Assembly (NCBI GenBank): GCA_903889905.1 | Contig: CAISZI010000008.1 | Coordinates: forward strand, 40,766 to 104,765 | Direction of reading: 5' to 3' | Source of the DNA: Candidatus Wirthbacteria bacterium | GTDB lineage: Bacteria; Patescibacteriota; CG2-30-54-11 | DNA length: 64,000 nt | In this document: piece after piece, positions 46,109-55,323 of the stretch | Position numbering within the stretch: the stretch's first letter is position 1 | Layout of the letters: the number at the start of each line of letters is the position of its first letter | The notes under the pieces: generated by a model | What the model was told of the DNA's origin: nothing | The model's input: only the letters and a program-made list of their open reading frames with translations | Database searches by the model: none | Program-made: the position numbers and the translations under genes

Positions 46109-46300
46109 CGGTTTTGGGCTTGGTTTGGGTGGAATGGTGGTTATCGAATTAGTATAGGGGAAATTTGTGGAAATAAGATGGATAGGGTGTCCGGATCTAA
46201 CCCCTCCTAACCTCCCCTTGCTCCAAGGGGAGGAATCGAACCCGCACTTTCACTTTCTGTGCTCCTCCCCTTAAGCTAAGGGGAGGCTGGGAAGGGTTAT
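45590..46300. repeat. cluster of G/C-rich REP-like palindromic hairpins (CCTCCCC-loop-GGGGAGG family) in the 5' end of giant gene 1 and the gene-1/gene-2 spacer
   Basis: CCTCCCCTTACTCTAAGGGGAGG (45612-45634), CTCCCTTACTCTAAGGGAGG, CTCCCCTTAAAGTAAGGGGAG, CCTCCCCTTGCTCCAAGGGGAGG, CTCCCCTTAAGCTAAGGGGAGG. Confidence 0.8.
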
Positions 46301-46306
46301 GCATCC

Positions 46307-49300
46307 CTATTTCAGGTTTACCACGGCGTTTTGATTATACAATATTTGGACCTGGGTGGGAGTGAGGGAATAATTATAAAGTCGGACATCGTCGATCTGG
46401 CCGGTGAAGGGGAAATCGGTGCCACCAATATAGGTGGTCGCCGCTGAGGATGGCAACGTGGCCGGAATGCTCGTCGTGGTATAAACTTTACGAATAGCAT
46501 CAACATAAATCGCAATAGACGTGGATGGAGTATAAATCGCAACCAAATGATGCCAGCCACCATCGGCAACCGTCACGGCATTGTCATACACTTGCGTTGA
46601 CCCAAAGAACACGGCCGGCACTTTGCCATTCACACCTGCGCCCAAACCAATCGACATCATATAGGTGCCTGACCCCTTGGCAATTACCCGTCCTGCATTG
46701 GCCGACGTTTTGACCCAGGTAGACATGGTCATCGGGCCGGTGAAATCCAGTCCGCTGGGGTTGCCCAAGGTTACGACATCATCCGTCCCATCAAAGTTCA
46801 AACTACCATTGTACTTGCCACTGCGCCCACTGTACCAGGCCGTGGAAGCATTGGTCGCGCACTTCCCTACCGACGTCTGACTGCCACCGGCCCCACTCCA
46901 GGTGCCGCTCAGGTTATTGCCGCTCGAATCATGCAGAGTTGCGTTTTGGCATTCATCAAACTTCCACCACGCCACGGGCAGGCCACGGTTGTAATCCCAG
47001 GCGATCTGGGCAGGAGTGCGGGCGTAATTGTAGAGGCGTAAATCGTCGATCTTGCCATGAAACATGTTTGCAGCAGCGACATCAGTGCCAATGCGCGGCA
47101 CAAAATTCGGCGTTGTATTGTCAAAGGCAACGCTCGCAGTACTTTGGGAATAATTCACGCCATTTAGATAAATATGATGGACATCCGCAACTGAGTCATA
47201 GACAACGGCCACGTGGTACCAGGTATTGGCTGACAGCGCACGCGAATCCGATGCCCAGGTAACATATCCACCGGCATCCGGGGCGCGTCCGCCGATGCCA
47301 AGCATGTTGGATGCATTGACCATAAACTGGAATCGATTGGATCCATCGACATTGATCGGTTCCGTGAAAATCGGATTGATAACACCCAATTGTGTGAGAT
47401 AGATCCATCCTTCTATTGTAACTTGTGTCAATCCTTTGATTGAATTCCCATTATTGGTCGTCAGATAATTATTTGTCCCATTAAAATTTCCCGCTCCCCC
47501 TATCTTCCCCGGTTTCCACTGACTTCCCAATGATCCCTGCCATGCTCCGTTAAAGGCATTCCCACTGGTATCCGTCGCCGTACTTCCTGTCCCCTCATCA
47601 AACTTCCACTCTGCCACCGGCGGATTACACGAACTGGCATCTCCCGGCACGCAGTAAAGCGATGCATCCGACCGGCTGGCATTGCCCGACGAGTCGACGG
47701 TATTGGCGCCCACCACTGTGGCTGAACCGTGATTGAAGTCGAGCAGCACTTCGTCGGGGGTGATGGCGTAGGTATAGACTTTGACTTCATCGATGGGGCC
47801 ACTGAAGTAGTGTGTACTATTATCATTACCAATACGGAGAGCATCGGCATTAGTGATATTGGGCCAGGTGCCGTGCGTGGTGAGGGTGGTGGCGACTTCT
47901 TTGCCATCGACAAACAGCCGCACTTTGTCCGTACTTTGGTCAGCAACCATGGCGTAATAATGCCAGTTGCCATCGGCCACATCGGCCGTGCTCACCGCGA
48001 TCCGATCGACGGTACCGTTTGCCTGAGTGAACGACCCAACCAGAAACTGCCCCGCAGCCGAACAGTCGCTGTTGCCACAAATCATCAGGCTGTATTGCGG
48101 GTAATTGGCGCTGTTCTGGCGCTTGGTGACAATCGGCCCAGTCTGATCACTGTTTGCGGGTTTGGCCCAGGCGCTCACGGTCCAGCTCGCACCTGCGCCG
48201 GGCTGCAGGCTGGCGGCATCGGGAACATTGACATAGGCGCTGCTGCCATTAAATGTGAGCGCTTTGCCGAATTGCCCAGCCGTCGTCCAGGTGGCGCTAA
48301 CAATGCTACCGTCGTGGCCTTTGGCTTCGGAGTCATGCGCCGTGCTGCCCGTGCCTTCATCAAATTTCCAGTAGGCGGCCATCATCTTGGTACCCACGGC
48401 AGGATGATCGGCAGCCTGGGTGGATTCGATTTGTTTTTGGGTCAAGGCATAGTTGTAGATGCGGATGTCATCCAAGGCACCAACAAAAGCATGACTATTC
48501 AAGCCAATATCCCAAGTACCAATTTGGAAATTCTCAGCAGTATTAAATACACTTGTAGGTAAACCTGATTGGGTGGAATCTAAAATACCATTGACATAAA
48601 AATCAACTGTCCCAGAGCTAGCATGATAAACCGCCGAGACATAAGTCCAAGCACCGGCTACAATAGATGAATTAGATGCTACTTGAACTGCATTCGTACC
48701 ATCATTACTGATTGTGAATAACAGCTTGCCCGCGCCATTTCCAATACCAAAACGATAACCACGGTTTCCGACAGTGTTATAAAATTTAGAAACCATGCCG
48801 CGACTATAAGTCGCATCAATATTGGCCACTTTTTCCCACAGGCTGATCGTGAAGTCTGACCTCATTTGCAGCGGCGTGGTGTTTCCCTCATCCACCCAGG
48901 TATTCGTACCAGAGAAATTTAATGCATTGCTGATCTTACCAGCCGGTAGCCAAGTTGCCCCGGTGATGGTTCCGGTCGATCCTTTGCCTGATGAATCGGC
49001 AGTGCTAGTTCCGCTCCCCTCATCCATCTTCCACCAACCCACCGGCCCCGGCGCCCAGGTGTAGAGCTGCTGGACTTCCAGGGCGGTGAGGGCGCGGTTG
49101 TAGATGCGGACGTCGTCTTGCGAGCCATTCCACCAGTTCTCCCACATGGTGTTAGCAAGTTTGAAATGTGGCAACGTAATATTACCTGTCAATGTTGTTG
49201 GGGCCGACGCATCAAGCTTGCCATCGATATAAATCGACATGATTTTGAGTCGTTGCACCGAAACCACCACATGATGCCACGCTCCATCTCGAACACCCGT

Positions 49301-52300
49301 TACCGAACACAAGCCGGTCTCGCGATTTGTACCATTGGCAAAATTAAAATAAAGTTTATCGGTTCCGCTGCACGCCCAACCTGACGCAATGATCAAACCA
49401 TAACCAGAGGTAAAGGACCCGCCGCTATTGTTGGAAGCATCGATAATATCTGCTGCGGTTGACGTCTTAATCCAGGCAGCCAGTGTAAAATTGCTCGCGC
49501 CCGGGGAAATATTGGCATAAGTCGTCACATCGGCATGATCATCAGCACCATCAAAGACACAACCTCCCCCATATTTCCCCGCTCCTGTGCAATTCATCCC
49601 CGTCGTGTTGGCACCATAATGCGTCGTCCCATTATTTCCCGCCCCCGACGCATCCACCAGCGTCTGGTTGTCACCACTGACGTTATCATCCATTTTCCAA
49701 TACCCCACCAGCCCATCCACCAGCGCCGTGTAATTGTTGGCAAGCCGGCTGAGGGCGAAGCCACCGTTGGTGCTCGCGCCGCTGCGGTTATTGTAGTTGA
49801 GGTTGACGATCGTGGCGGAGATCGCGCTGTTGTAGACTTTGACGTCGTCCATGAACCCGTTCAAATAGGCTGCGCCTACCCGTCCCAGCACGATGTTGGG
49901 CGAATCCATGCCCGTGCCCGTTGTAACCACCACATACTGCCACTGATAAAGTGCAAGTTGCGAGCTGACCTTGCCATTGACATAAACCGTGGGCGAATTA
50001 AATCCGGCTCCTACCTGAATCACACCCGACCCGTTGGTTGTTAGCGTGGCGGTGCCGGCAGTGCCATCGAGCGCTCCCAGTGGCGCGGGCCAAACGGTGG
50101 GACGTACCCAGAATGAGAGTGTCTGTACTCCCGTGATCGCCGAGTTGATATTGACGTATTGCGACGATGCTGCTGTAAATTTAAGACACTTGCCACTCAT
50201 GCACATATCCTCGGTCACCCAGGTTGGATCATCGGCGGCGACGGATGAATTGGCGCCCAGAGTGCCACTGTTGGCATTGAACGCCGAATCATGCACCACC
50301 TGGCCGCTGCCTTCATCCAATTTCCAGTAACCCACCACCGGCCCGGGCATGGGAAAACCCCAGTTGGTGTTGTGACCTTCGTCGGTGAGATCGAGCCCGG
50401 AGATGTCGATCACATTGACGTTGATGTTGTTGGAATATTTGACATTGAGGTAATTAAAATCGCGCGTGCTCTGCGGGTCAAAGCGCCACTGCGTATTGGC
50501 GGCCGACGAATGCAGGCTGAGGCGGTTGACGGTGGAATTACCCTTGAGCGTCGTCGTCCCGAGGATGACTTGCGTTTTGGTGGCGTTACCCGGGAAAACC
50601 AATGTCTGCGGTGATGTCGCGATTTTGCTCAAACTGTTGAACGTCGTACTGCCGACAATGGTCTGGTCAGTACCAGTTAAATGCACCGTGCCACCGTTGT
50701 GGTTAAAGGTGCCGTTGTTGGTCCAGTTGCCCGCCACGTTGAAGGTGCCCGGCGAGGTAAACCCACCACTATTAATACTAAAATCCTTGGCCACCGTGAT
50801 TGTACCCAGCGCACCGGGCACGACCGTATCACTGGCATCGGTCATGTCGATCGAGAGGTTGCTGTAAGACCAGTTCTGGATGTTGTAGTTATCGGCGGCA
50901 CTATCTCCGTCACCCTTATACGACACAGTCGAGCCACTGCTAAGCGTTGGCGCCGTGGGTGTTTCTGACCCAACCAGCCGCAAAGTTCCGGTAGCCTGAA
51001 CAGTAAAGGTCGAGCCACAGACAAAAGCCTGACCATTGATGTCCAAAGTCCCTTGTTGCAACGTACAGGTCTGGCCCGAGACCGTGAGTGCATTGTTGAG
51101 CGTCAACGTTCCACCGGCTTTGTTGACATTAAAAATCGAGGCAAAGGTACCATTCGTTTTGGTGAAACCTTGCGCGCCGGTGCCGTTAAAATTAATCGTC
51201 AAATTGGCGCCGCCCAGGTTGTTGGCCGACGACTCGCTGAAATTACCCGCTACATTCAAGATCATGCCGCCGACCGGGTTGGAAATCGTACCAGCCGAAT
51301 AAGTAAAATCCGTCGTCGTAAAGCCCTGCGTCAAAGTCAGGGCAGAAGCGGCTGACTTGCTCCAGGCGTTGTAAGTCACATTGGCAGCATCCAAAGTCTG
51401 GGTACCACCACTGCCGTTCAGGATCAAGGATATTGGCGTGGTAAAAGTCGACGCACCATTAATGGTCAGGTTGCCAAAAATAGTAAAGGTTGGGTTGGCA
51501 GCTGTCGTCAATGTCTTGCCGGAATTGTTGGTAAGATGACCAAAACTGTACCCATACGCCGCCGCCGTGTAAGTGGTCAATGACGAAAGTGTGGTCGTGC
51601 CATTGTTGACATAATCGCCGTTCATGGCCCACGTCGTGACATTGCCAGACAAGGTGCCGGTGTTGGTAAAAATCCCGCCCACGTTGGCTGTAAGCGTGCC
51701 GGTCCCGACAGTAATCGTGCCATTGTTGGTGAGTCCGTAGCTGCAATTACTATTGGCACAATACGTGTTAACGAGCGTCAGCGTCGGTGTATTACCCAGT
51801 GGCAACGTGGTGCCGCTGGCCACGGTCATGAGCGCATTGGTGCCAAAGCTGGACATGGAACGGTTGATACTGACCGGCGTATTAAAAGTGACGGTGGGCG
51901 CATCGATCGTACTATTGTAAGAGCTGCTGCCATTCAGATTGAGCGTGACATTGGAGGTCGGAAAACCGGTATTGGGACTGGTGATGATGAAACTATCGGC
52001 CACATTGAAGGTCACACCGGCGGCGGCCGTAAAGGTTTTGCTGGCATTGTTGGTAAAACTGCCCTGACCATGGAAATACGCACTGGAGCTAAAAGTCGCC
52101 AGTGACGCCAACGTCACCGTGCCGTTATTGACAAAGTCTCCACTGTGCGACCACGCCGTGGCACTGCCGGAGATCGTGCCTGCATTGGTAAAAAAGCCGC
52201 TCACGTTGGAGGTAAAAGTACCTGTCCCGACGGTAATCGTGCCGTTGTTGGTCAAATCGTACTGGCATACTCCCATGCAACCGTTATTGACCACCGTAAT

Positions 52301-55144
52301 GGTCGGGGCATTGCCCAGGGGCAAGGTCGTGCCACTCGCAATCGTCATGCCGATCTGAACACTGATGGAACCAAAGACGCGATTAATCCCCACCGGTGCA
52401 TTGAAGGTCACACTGGAGGCGTCAATCGTAGAATTCCCCTGATAAGTACCGTTTAGATTGAGATTGACATTGGCAGCCGGAAAACCGGTATTGGGATTGT
52501 TGATAAGAAAACTGCTGGCGATATTGAATGTCGGTCCAGCGGCAGCGGTAAAAGTCTTGTTGGCATTATTGGTAAAAGCGCCGGTACCGTTGAAATAAGT
52601 ACTCGACGAATAAGTAGCCAGCGACGCCAAAGTCACGGTGCCGTTGTTAACAAAATCCCCATTCATGTTCCAGGTGGTGGCGGAACCGGAAATCGTCCCG
52701 TTGTTGGTCAACACGGCACCGACATTGCTCGTGAACGTACCTGTGCCAACCGTGATCGTACCGTTGTTGGTCAGGAAATACTGGCACCAACTCGAGGTAC
52801 AATAAGTATTCACCAGCGTGAGGGTCGCAGTATTGCCGAGCGGCAAAGTTGTCCCGTTGGCCACGGTCAACACCGGCGAATCGGCAAAACTACTGATCGA
52901 ACGACTGATCGTCACCAGATTAAAAGTGATTCCCGCGGCATCCACCGAACTACTGCCGACGACTGTCCCGTCAAACGCCACCGTACCGCCATTGGCGCTA
53001 AAGGTGGGTGCACCGGATTTGGTAAAACTGGCGGTGATATGCATGGTGCCGGAGGTATTGGTAAAAGTCCCGCTCGACAGGGTAAAACTGCCGGCATTGC
53101 CGCCCGACCCGATGTTGATCGCGCCACTGCCCCCCGCAAAGGTGCCCGCGCCAAAGACAAAGTTCGACGTCCCCACCGTCACCTGGTAACTGCCTGATTG
53201 GGTAAAAGTGCCACTGTAACTGCTGCCAAAACTCAGTCCCGCCACGTTGACATCCGCGCCCAGTGTCACTGATCCATTATGCGTGCTGGTAAAAACTGCC
53301 GTGTCACCGGATTGCGGATAGGAACCGCTGCAGCTGCCCCAGTTGCCGGCCGTGGCAAAAGTTCCGGTCGTGTCATTGAGCCAGGCGCAGGCCGCGTCCG
53401 AGGCGATCTGCCACGACCGCGCTTCGATAAAAAAAAGCGAACCGGTCGCCGAACCGGTCAAAAATTTGAGCGGCCCCACCAGATAAAATTCTGGCGATAC
53501 TTCGGGCGCCTTGTACTGGTAACCAATCGTTAGTACCGTGTTCGCATGCATGTCGACGGTCCAGTCGATGTGTTGCACATCACCGACTCTGCGCACCGTA
53601 GCGTAAGCTGTTGTCGATGCCAAAGGCGTTATCACAAAGTTCGCTGGCACGGTTTCTTCGATAACTCCCTGAAACGACTGATTGGCCGTGATGCGCAACG
53701 TGACCGGCAGCGGATTAAAGGGGAACAAACGTGTGGCAGCGATGCGTTCAACGGTAAGTGGTACACTGTCTTGGACGACGATGGTATCTGTAATCGTATA
53801 GGGCCCTTTGTCAGTCCGCGCCAGCAACGTGAGTTGATAATCGCCGCTATCGCCCAGTTTGTAGGTCGCCTCAAAGTCTGGCCTGGTATTGATACCATAA
53901 ACAAGGCACTCGGGGTTACGCACAATTTTGCCATTGGCCGTCGACAGTTCATCCACCTGACCATTGTGGCTAATACGCAAAAACAAGGCTGCATTGCAAT
54001 TCATATCCCCACGCTCATCGAGCACGGCAAAGGACAATTTGGCCATCTGGTTGGGTGTGTAAATGGACTGGTTGGCATTCATGGCCAGCACACCCCAGGT
54101 AAAATCCTGGGTAATTTGTTTGTGGTTACCGTTTTGGATGACGTCAACGGCCAGCCGATATTTGCCGGGCTTAAACGTATTCCCCTGTTTGGGCACAACG
54201 GCAAAGGAATAGGTATGATCCACGAGCGGCGACACCTGCACGCCAACGATGGCTGACTCAGTCCTGGCTTGATTCAAATCCGCATTGTCGCGCACGTAAT
54301 AGACTTTGGCATCCACCGTGGTCTGGCTGTCGGTGATTGTCGATGATACCGGTGCTACATCGGCGGCATAAGCTGTGGCAATCAGCGACGAAGTGGCCTT
54401 GGCCGGCAATTTGGCACTGGCGTCATAGGCCATGACAAACACCACCGCTTCACTGGCGCTGAAGTTAGTCTTGGGTTTGAGCAGCGTCTGCTGATCGTTT
54501 GCCACGCTAAACAGCGCGGCTGAGGAAACCGCAGTATTCCTGGATGAGGCAAAAGTCTGCGGTTTGGAGACAAAATAACTCGCCCCCAACCCCGCCAGCA
54601 GAACAATAAAAATCGCCCCCAGCGCGACCCGACGAGCATGTACAAAACGGCCAAAAACGGATTTAAGAGCGGGCAGGTGGATGGGAGTGGTGAGGAGGGG
54701 AATCACCCCCCTCATGGCCTCCCCCCGCTGCTGCAAGGGGAGGGATAAAATCTGCCCCGCCCCTGCCTTAGCAGGCTTTAGTCCCCCTTGCGGGGGGGAG
54801 GGCAGGGAGGGTGTAGTTTTGACCGCCACTGTCTCAACGGGCTTCATTCCCCCTTGCGGAAAGGAAGGTTGGGAAGGGGTAGTCTTATTAAACGTCACCA
54901 ATCTTCCCCTCCCCCCTTGGGGGAGGGCTGGGGAAAGGGGTCTTGCAGAAATCCCCTCTCTCTGTCTCTCCCCCGGGGGGGGAGAGGAAAGTTTGTTCCT
55001 CAGATCAACTGTCCTCGTCACTGGCATACTTCGCCCAATCCCATAACCTGTTTGCGGTCGCGGGGTATCGGTTGCATCGTCAAATTGTAGTTTTTGTCTG
55101 ATCTTGGCCATGGGTTCCTGTTTGATCTGACGGTATTGTAGCAC
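46307..55144 (-). CDS. giant membrane-anchored surface protein (2945 aa). Layout: N-terminal tail, TM anchor, beta-sandwich-like domains, beta-helix-like tandem repeats (autotransporter-associated type), about 9 LamG-like domains.
   Basis: TM helix VALGAIFIVLLAGLGASYFV. Three near-identical ~160-aa tandem repeats (NGTITVGTGTFTSNV...GTISGSATTW..GDFVNNGTVTLASL...). The C-terminal half is LamG-like repeats ending ...QIDDVRLYNYSLT.... A plausible internal start is the ATG at 54715. Confidence 0.9.
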   Translation of the reverse strand: MLQYRQIKQEPMAKIRQKLQFDDATDTPRPQTGYGIGRSMPVTRTVDLRNKLSSPPPGERQREGISARPLSPALPQGGRGRLVTFNKTTPSQPSFPQGGMKPVETVAVKTTPSLPSPPQGGLKPAKAGAGQILSLPLQQRGEAMRGVIPLLTTPIHLPALKSVFGRFVHARRVALGAIFIVLLAGLGASYFVSKPQTFASSRNTAVSSAALFSVANDQQTLLKPKTNFSASEAVVFVMAYDASAKLPAKATSSLIATAYAADVAPVSSTITDSQTTVDAKVYYVRDNADLNQARTESAIVGVQVSPLVDHTYSFAVVPKQGNTFKPGKYRLAVDVIQNGNHKQITQDFTWGVLAMNANQSIYTPNQMAKLSFAVLDERGDMNCNAALFLRISHNGQVDELSTANGKIVRNPECLVYGINTRPDFEATYKLGDSGDYQLTLLARTDKGPYTITDTIVVQDSVPLTVERIAATRLFPFNPLPVTLRITANQSFQGVIEETVPANFVITPLASTTAYATVRRVGDVQHIDWTVDMHANTVLTIGYQYKAPEVSPEFYLVGPLKFLTGSATGSLFFIEARSWQIASDAACAWLNDTTGTFATAGNWGSCSGSYPQSGDTAVFTSTHNGSVTLGADVNVAGLSFGSSYSGTFTQSGSYQVTVGTSNFVFGAGTFAGGSGAINIGSGGNAGSFTLSSGTFTNTSGTMHITASFTKSGAPTFSANGGTVAFDGTVVGSSSVDAAGITFNLVTISRSISSFADSPVLTVANGTTLPLGNTATLTLVNTYCTSSWCQYFLTNNGTITVGTGTFTSNVGAVLTNNGTISGSATTWNMNGDFVNNGTVTLASLATYSSSTYFNGTGAFTNNANKTFTAAAGPTFNIASSFLINNPNTGFPAANVNLNLNGTYQGNSTIDASSVTFNAPVGINRVFGSISVQIGMTIASGTTLPLGNAPTITVVNNGCMGVCQYDLTNNGTITVGTGTFTSNVSGFFTNAGTISGSATAWSHSGDFVNNGTVTLASLATFSSSAYFHGQGSFTNNASKTFTAAAGVTFNVADSFIITSPNTGFPTSNVTLNLNGSSSYNSTIDAPTVTFNTPVSINRSMSSFGTNALMTVASGTTLPLGNTPTLTLVNTYCANSNCSYGLTNNGTITVGTGTLTANVGGIFTNTGTLSGNVTTWAMNGDYVNNGTTTLSSLTTYTAAAYGYSFGHLTNNSGKTLTTAANPTFTIFGNLTINGASTFTTPISLILNGSGGTQTLDAANVTYNAWSKSAASALTLTQGFTTTDFTYSAGTISNPVGGMILNVAGNFSESSANNLGGANLTINFNGTGAQGFTKTNGTFASIFNVNKAGGTLTLNNALTVSGQTCTLQQGTLDINGQAFVCGSTFTVQATGTLRLVGSETPTAPTLSSGSTVSYKGDGDSAADNYNIQNWSYSNLSIDMTDASDTVVPGALGTITVAKDFSINSGGFTSPGTFNVAGNWTNNGTFNHNGGTVHLTGTDQTIVGSTTFNSLSKIATSPQTLVFPGNATKTQVILGTTTLKGNSTVNRLSLHSSAANTQWRFDPQSTRDFNYLNVKYSNNINVNVIDISGLDLTDEGHNTNWGFPMPGPVVGYWKLDEGSGQVVHDSAFNANSGTLGANSSVAADDPTWVTEDMCMSGKCLKFTAASSQYVNINSAITGVQTLSFWVRPTVWPAPLGALDGTAGTATLTTNGSGVIQVGAGFNSPTVYVNGKVSSQLALYQWQYVVVTTGTGMDSPNIVLGRVGAAYLNGFMDDVKVYNSAISATIVNLNYNNRSGASTNGGFALSRLANNYTALVDGLVGYWKMDDNVSGDNQTLVDASGAGNNGTTHYGANTTGMNCTGAGKYGGGCVFDGADDHADVTTYANISPGASNFTLAAWIKTSTAADIIDASNNSGGSFTSGYGLIIASGWACSGTDKLYFNFANGTNRETGLCSVTGVRDGAWHHVVVSVQRLKIMSIYIDGKLDASAPTTLTGNITLPHFKLANTMWENWWNGSQDDVRIYNRALTALEVQQLYTWAPGPVGWWKMDEGSGTSTADSSGKGSTGTITGATWLPAGKISNALNFSGTNTWVDEGNTTPLQMRSDFTISLWEKVANIDATYSRGMVSKFYNTVGNRGYRFGIGNGAGKLLFTISNDGTNAVQVASNSSIVAGAWTYVSAVYHASSGTVDFYVNGILDSTQSGLPTSVFNTAENFQIGTWDIGLNSHAFVGALDDIRIYNYALTQKQIESTQAADHPAVGTKMMAAYWKFDEGTGSTAHDSEAKGHDGSIVSATWTTAGQFGKALTFNGSSAYVNVPDAASLQPGAGASWTVSAWAKPANSDQTGPIVTKRQNSANYPQYSLMICGNSDCSAAGQFLVGSFTQANGTVDRIAVSTADVADGNWHYYAMVADQSTDKVRLFVDGKEVATTLTTHGTWPNITNADALRIGNDNSTHYFSGPIDEVKVYTYAITPDEVLLDFNHGSATVVGANTVDSSGNASRSDASLYCVPGDASSCNPPVAEWKFDEGTGSTATDTSGNAFNGAWQGSLGSQWKPGKIGGAGNFNGTNNYLTTNNGNSIKGLTQVTIEGWIYLTQLGVINPIFTEPINVDGSNRFQFMVNASNMLGIGGRAPDAGGYVTWASDSRALSANTWYHVAVVYDSVADVHHIYLNGVNYSQSTASVAFDNTTPNFVPRIGTDVAAANMFHGKIDDLRLYNYARTPAQIAWDYNRGLPVAWWKFDECQNATLHDSSGNNLSGTWSGAGGSQTSVGKCATNASTAWYSGRSGKYNGSLNFDGTDDVVTLGNPSGLDFTGPMTMSTWVKTSANAGRVIAKGSGTYMMSIGLGAGVNGKVPAVFFGSTQVYDNAVTVADGGWHHLVAIYTPSTSIAIYVDAIRKVYTTTSIPATLPSSAATTYIGGTDFPFTGQIDDVRLYNYSLTPTQVQILYNQNAVVNLK
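51330..52850 (-). repeat. three tandem ~500-bp intragenic repeats (about 80% identity) encoding the beta-helix-like repeat units of giant gene 2
   Basis: DNA and protein repeat units match, for example ...LTNNGTITVGTGTFTSNV...GTISGSATTW.NGDFVNNGTVTLASLAT.SSS.YF.G.G.FTNNA.KTFTAAAG.TFN... three times. Confidence 0.8.
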
Positions 55145-55320
55145 CTCAAAGCAGTGGCAAGCTACAGGAATGCAACTACCCCCTACCTAGCCTCCCCCCG
55201 CTGCTGCAGGGGGAGGGATATGATCTTCACCGCCCCTGTCTTAGCGGGGGAGGATGTAGGAGGGGGTAGGTTTGTCCGCCCCTGACCATTCTGATGGACG
55301 GGGGAGGGCAGCGAGGGGGT
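54700..55320. repeat. array of at least 8 G/C-rich REP-like hairpins, in the 5' end of giant gene 2 and the spacer toward the ATPase gene
   Basis: CCTCCCCCCGCTGCTGCAAGGGGAGG, CCCCCTTGCGGGGGGGAGG, CCCCCTTGCGGAAAGG, CCTCCCCCCTTGGGGGAGG, TCTCCCCCGGGGGGGGAGAGG, CCTCCCCCCGCTGCTGCAGGGGGAGG. Confidence 0.8.
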
Positions 55321-55323
55321 AAT

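Noticed and set aside
54700-55320. Whether the clustered G/C palindromes are a CRISPR array.
   Set aside because: The repeats are short (18-26 bp) imperfect hairpins with variable loops and irregular spacing. There are no uniform spacers or direct-repeat units and no cas genes. They fit REP/BIME-type elements.
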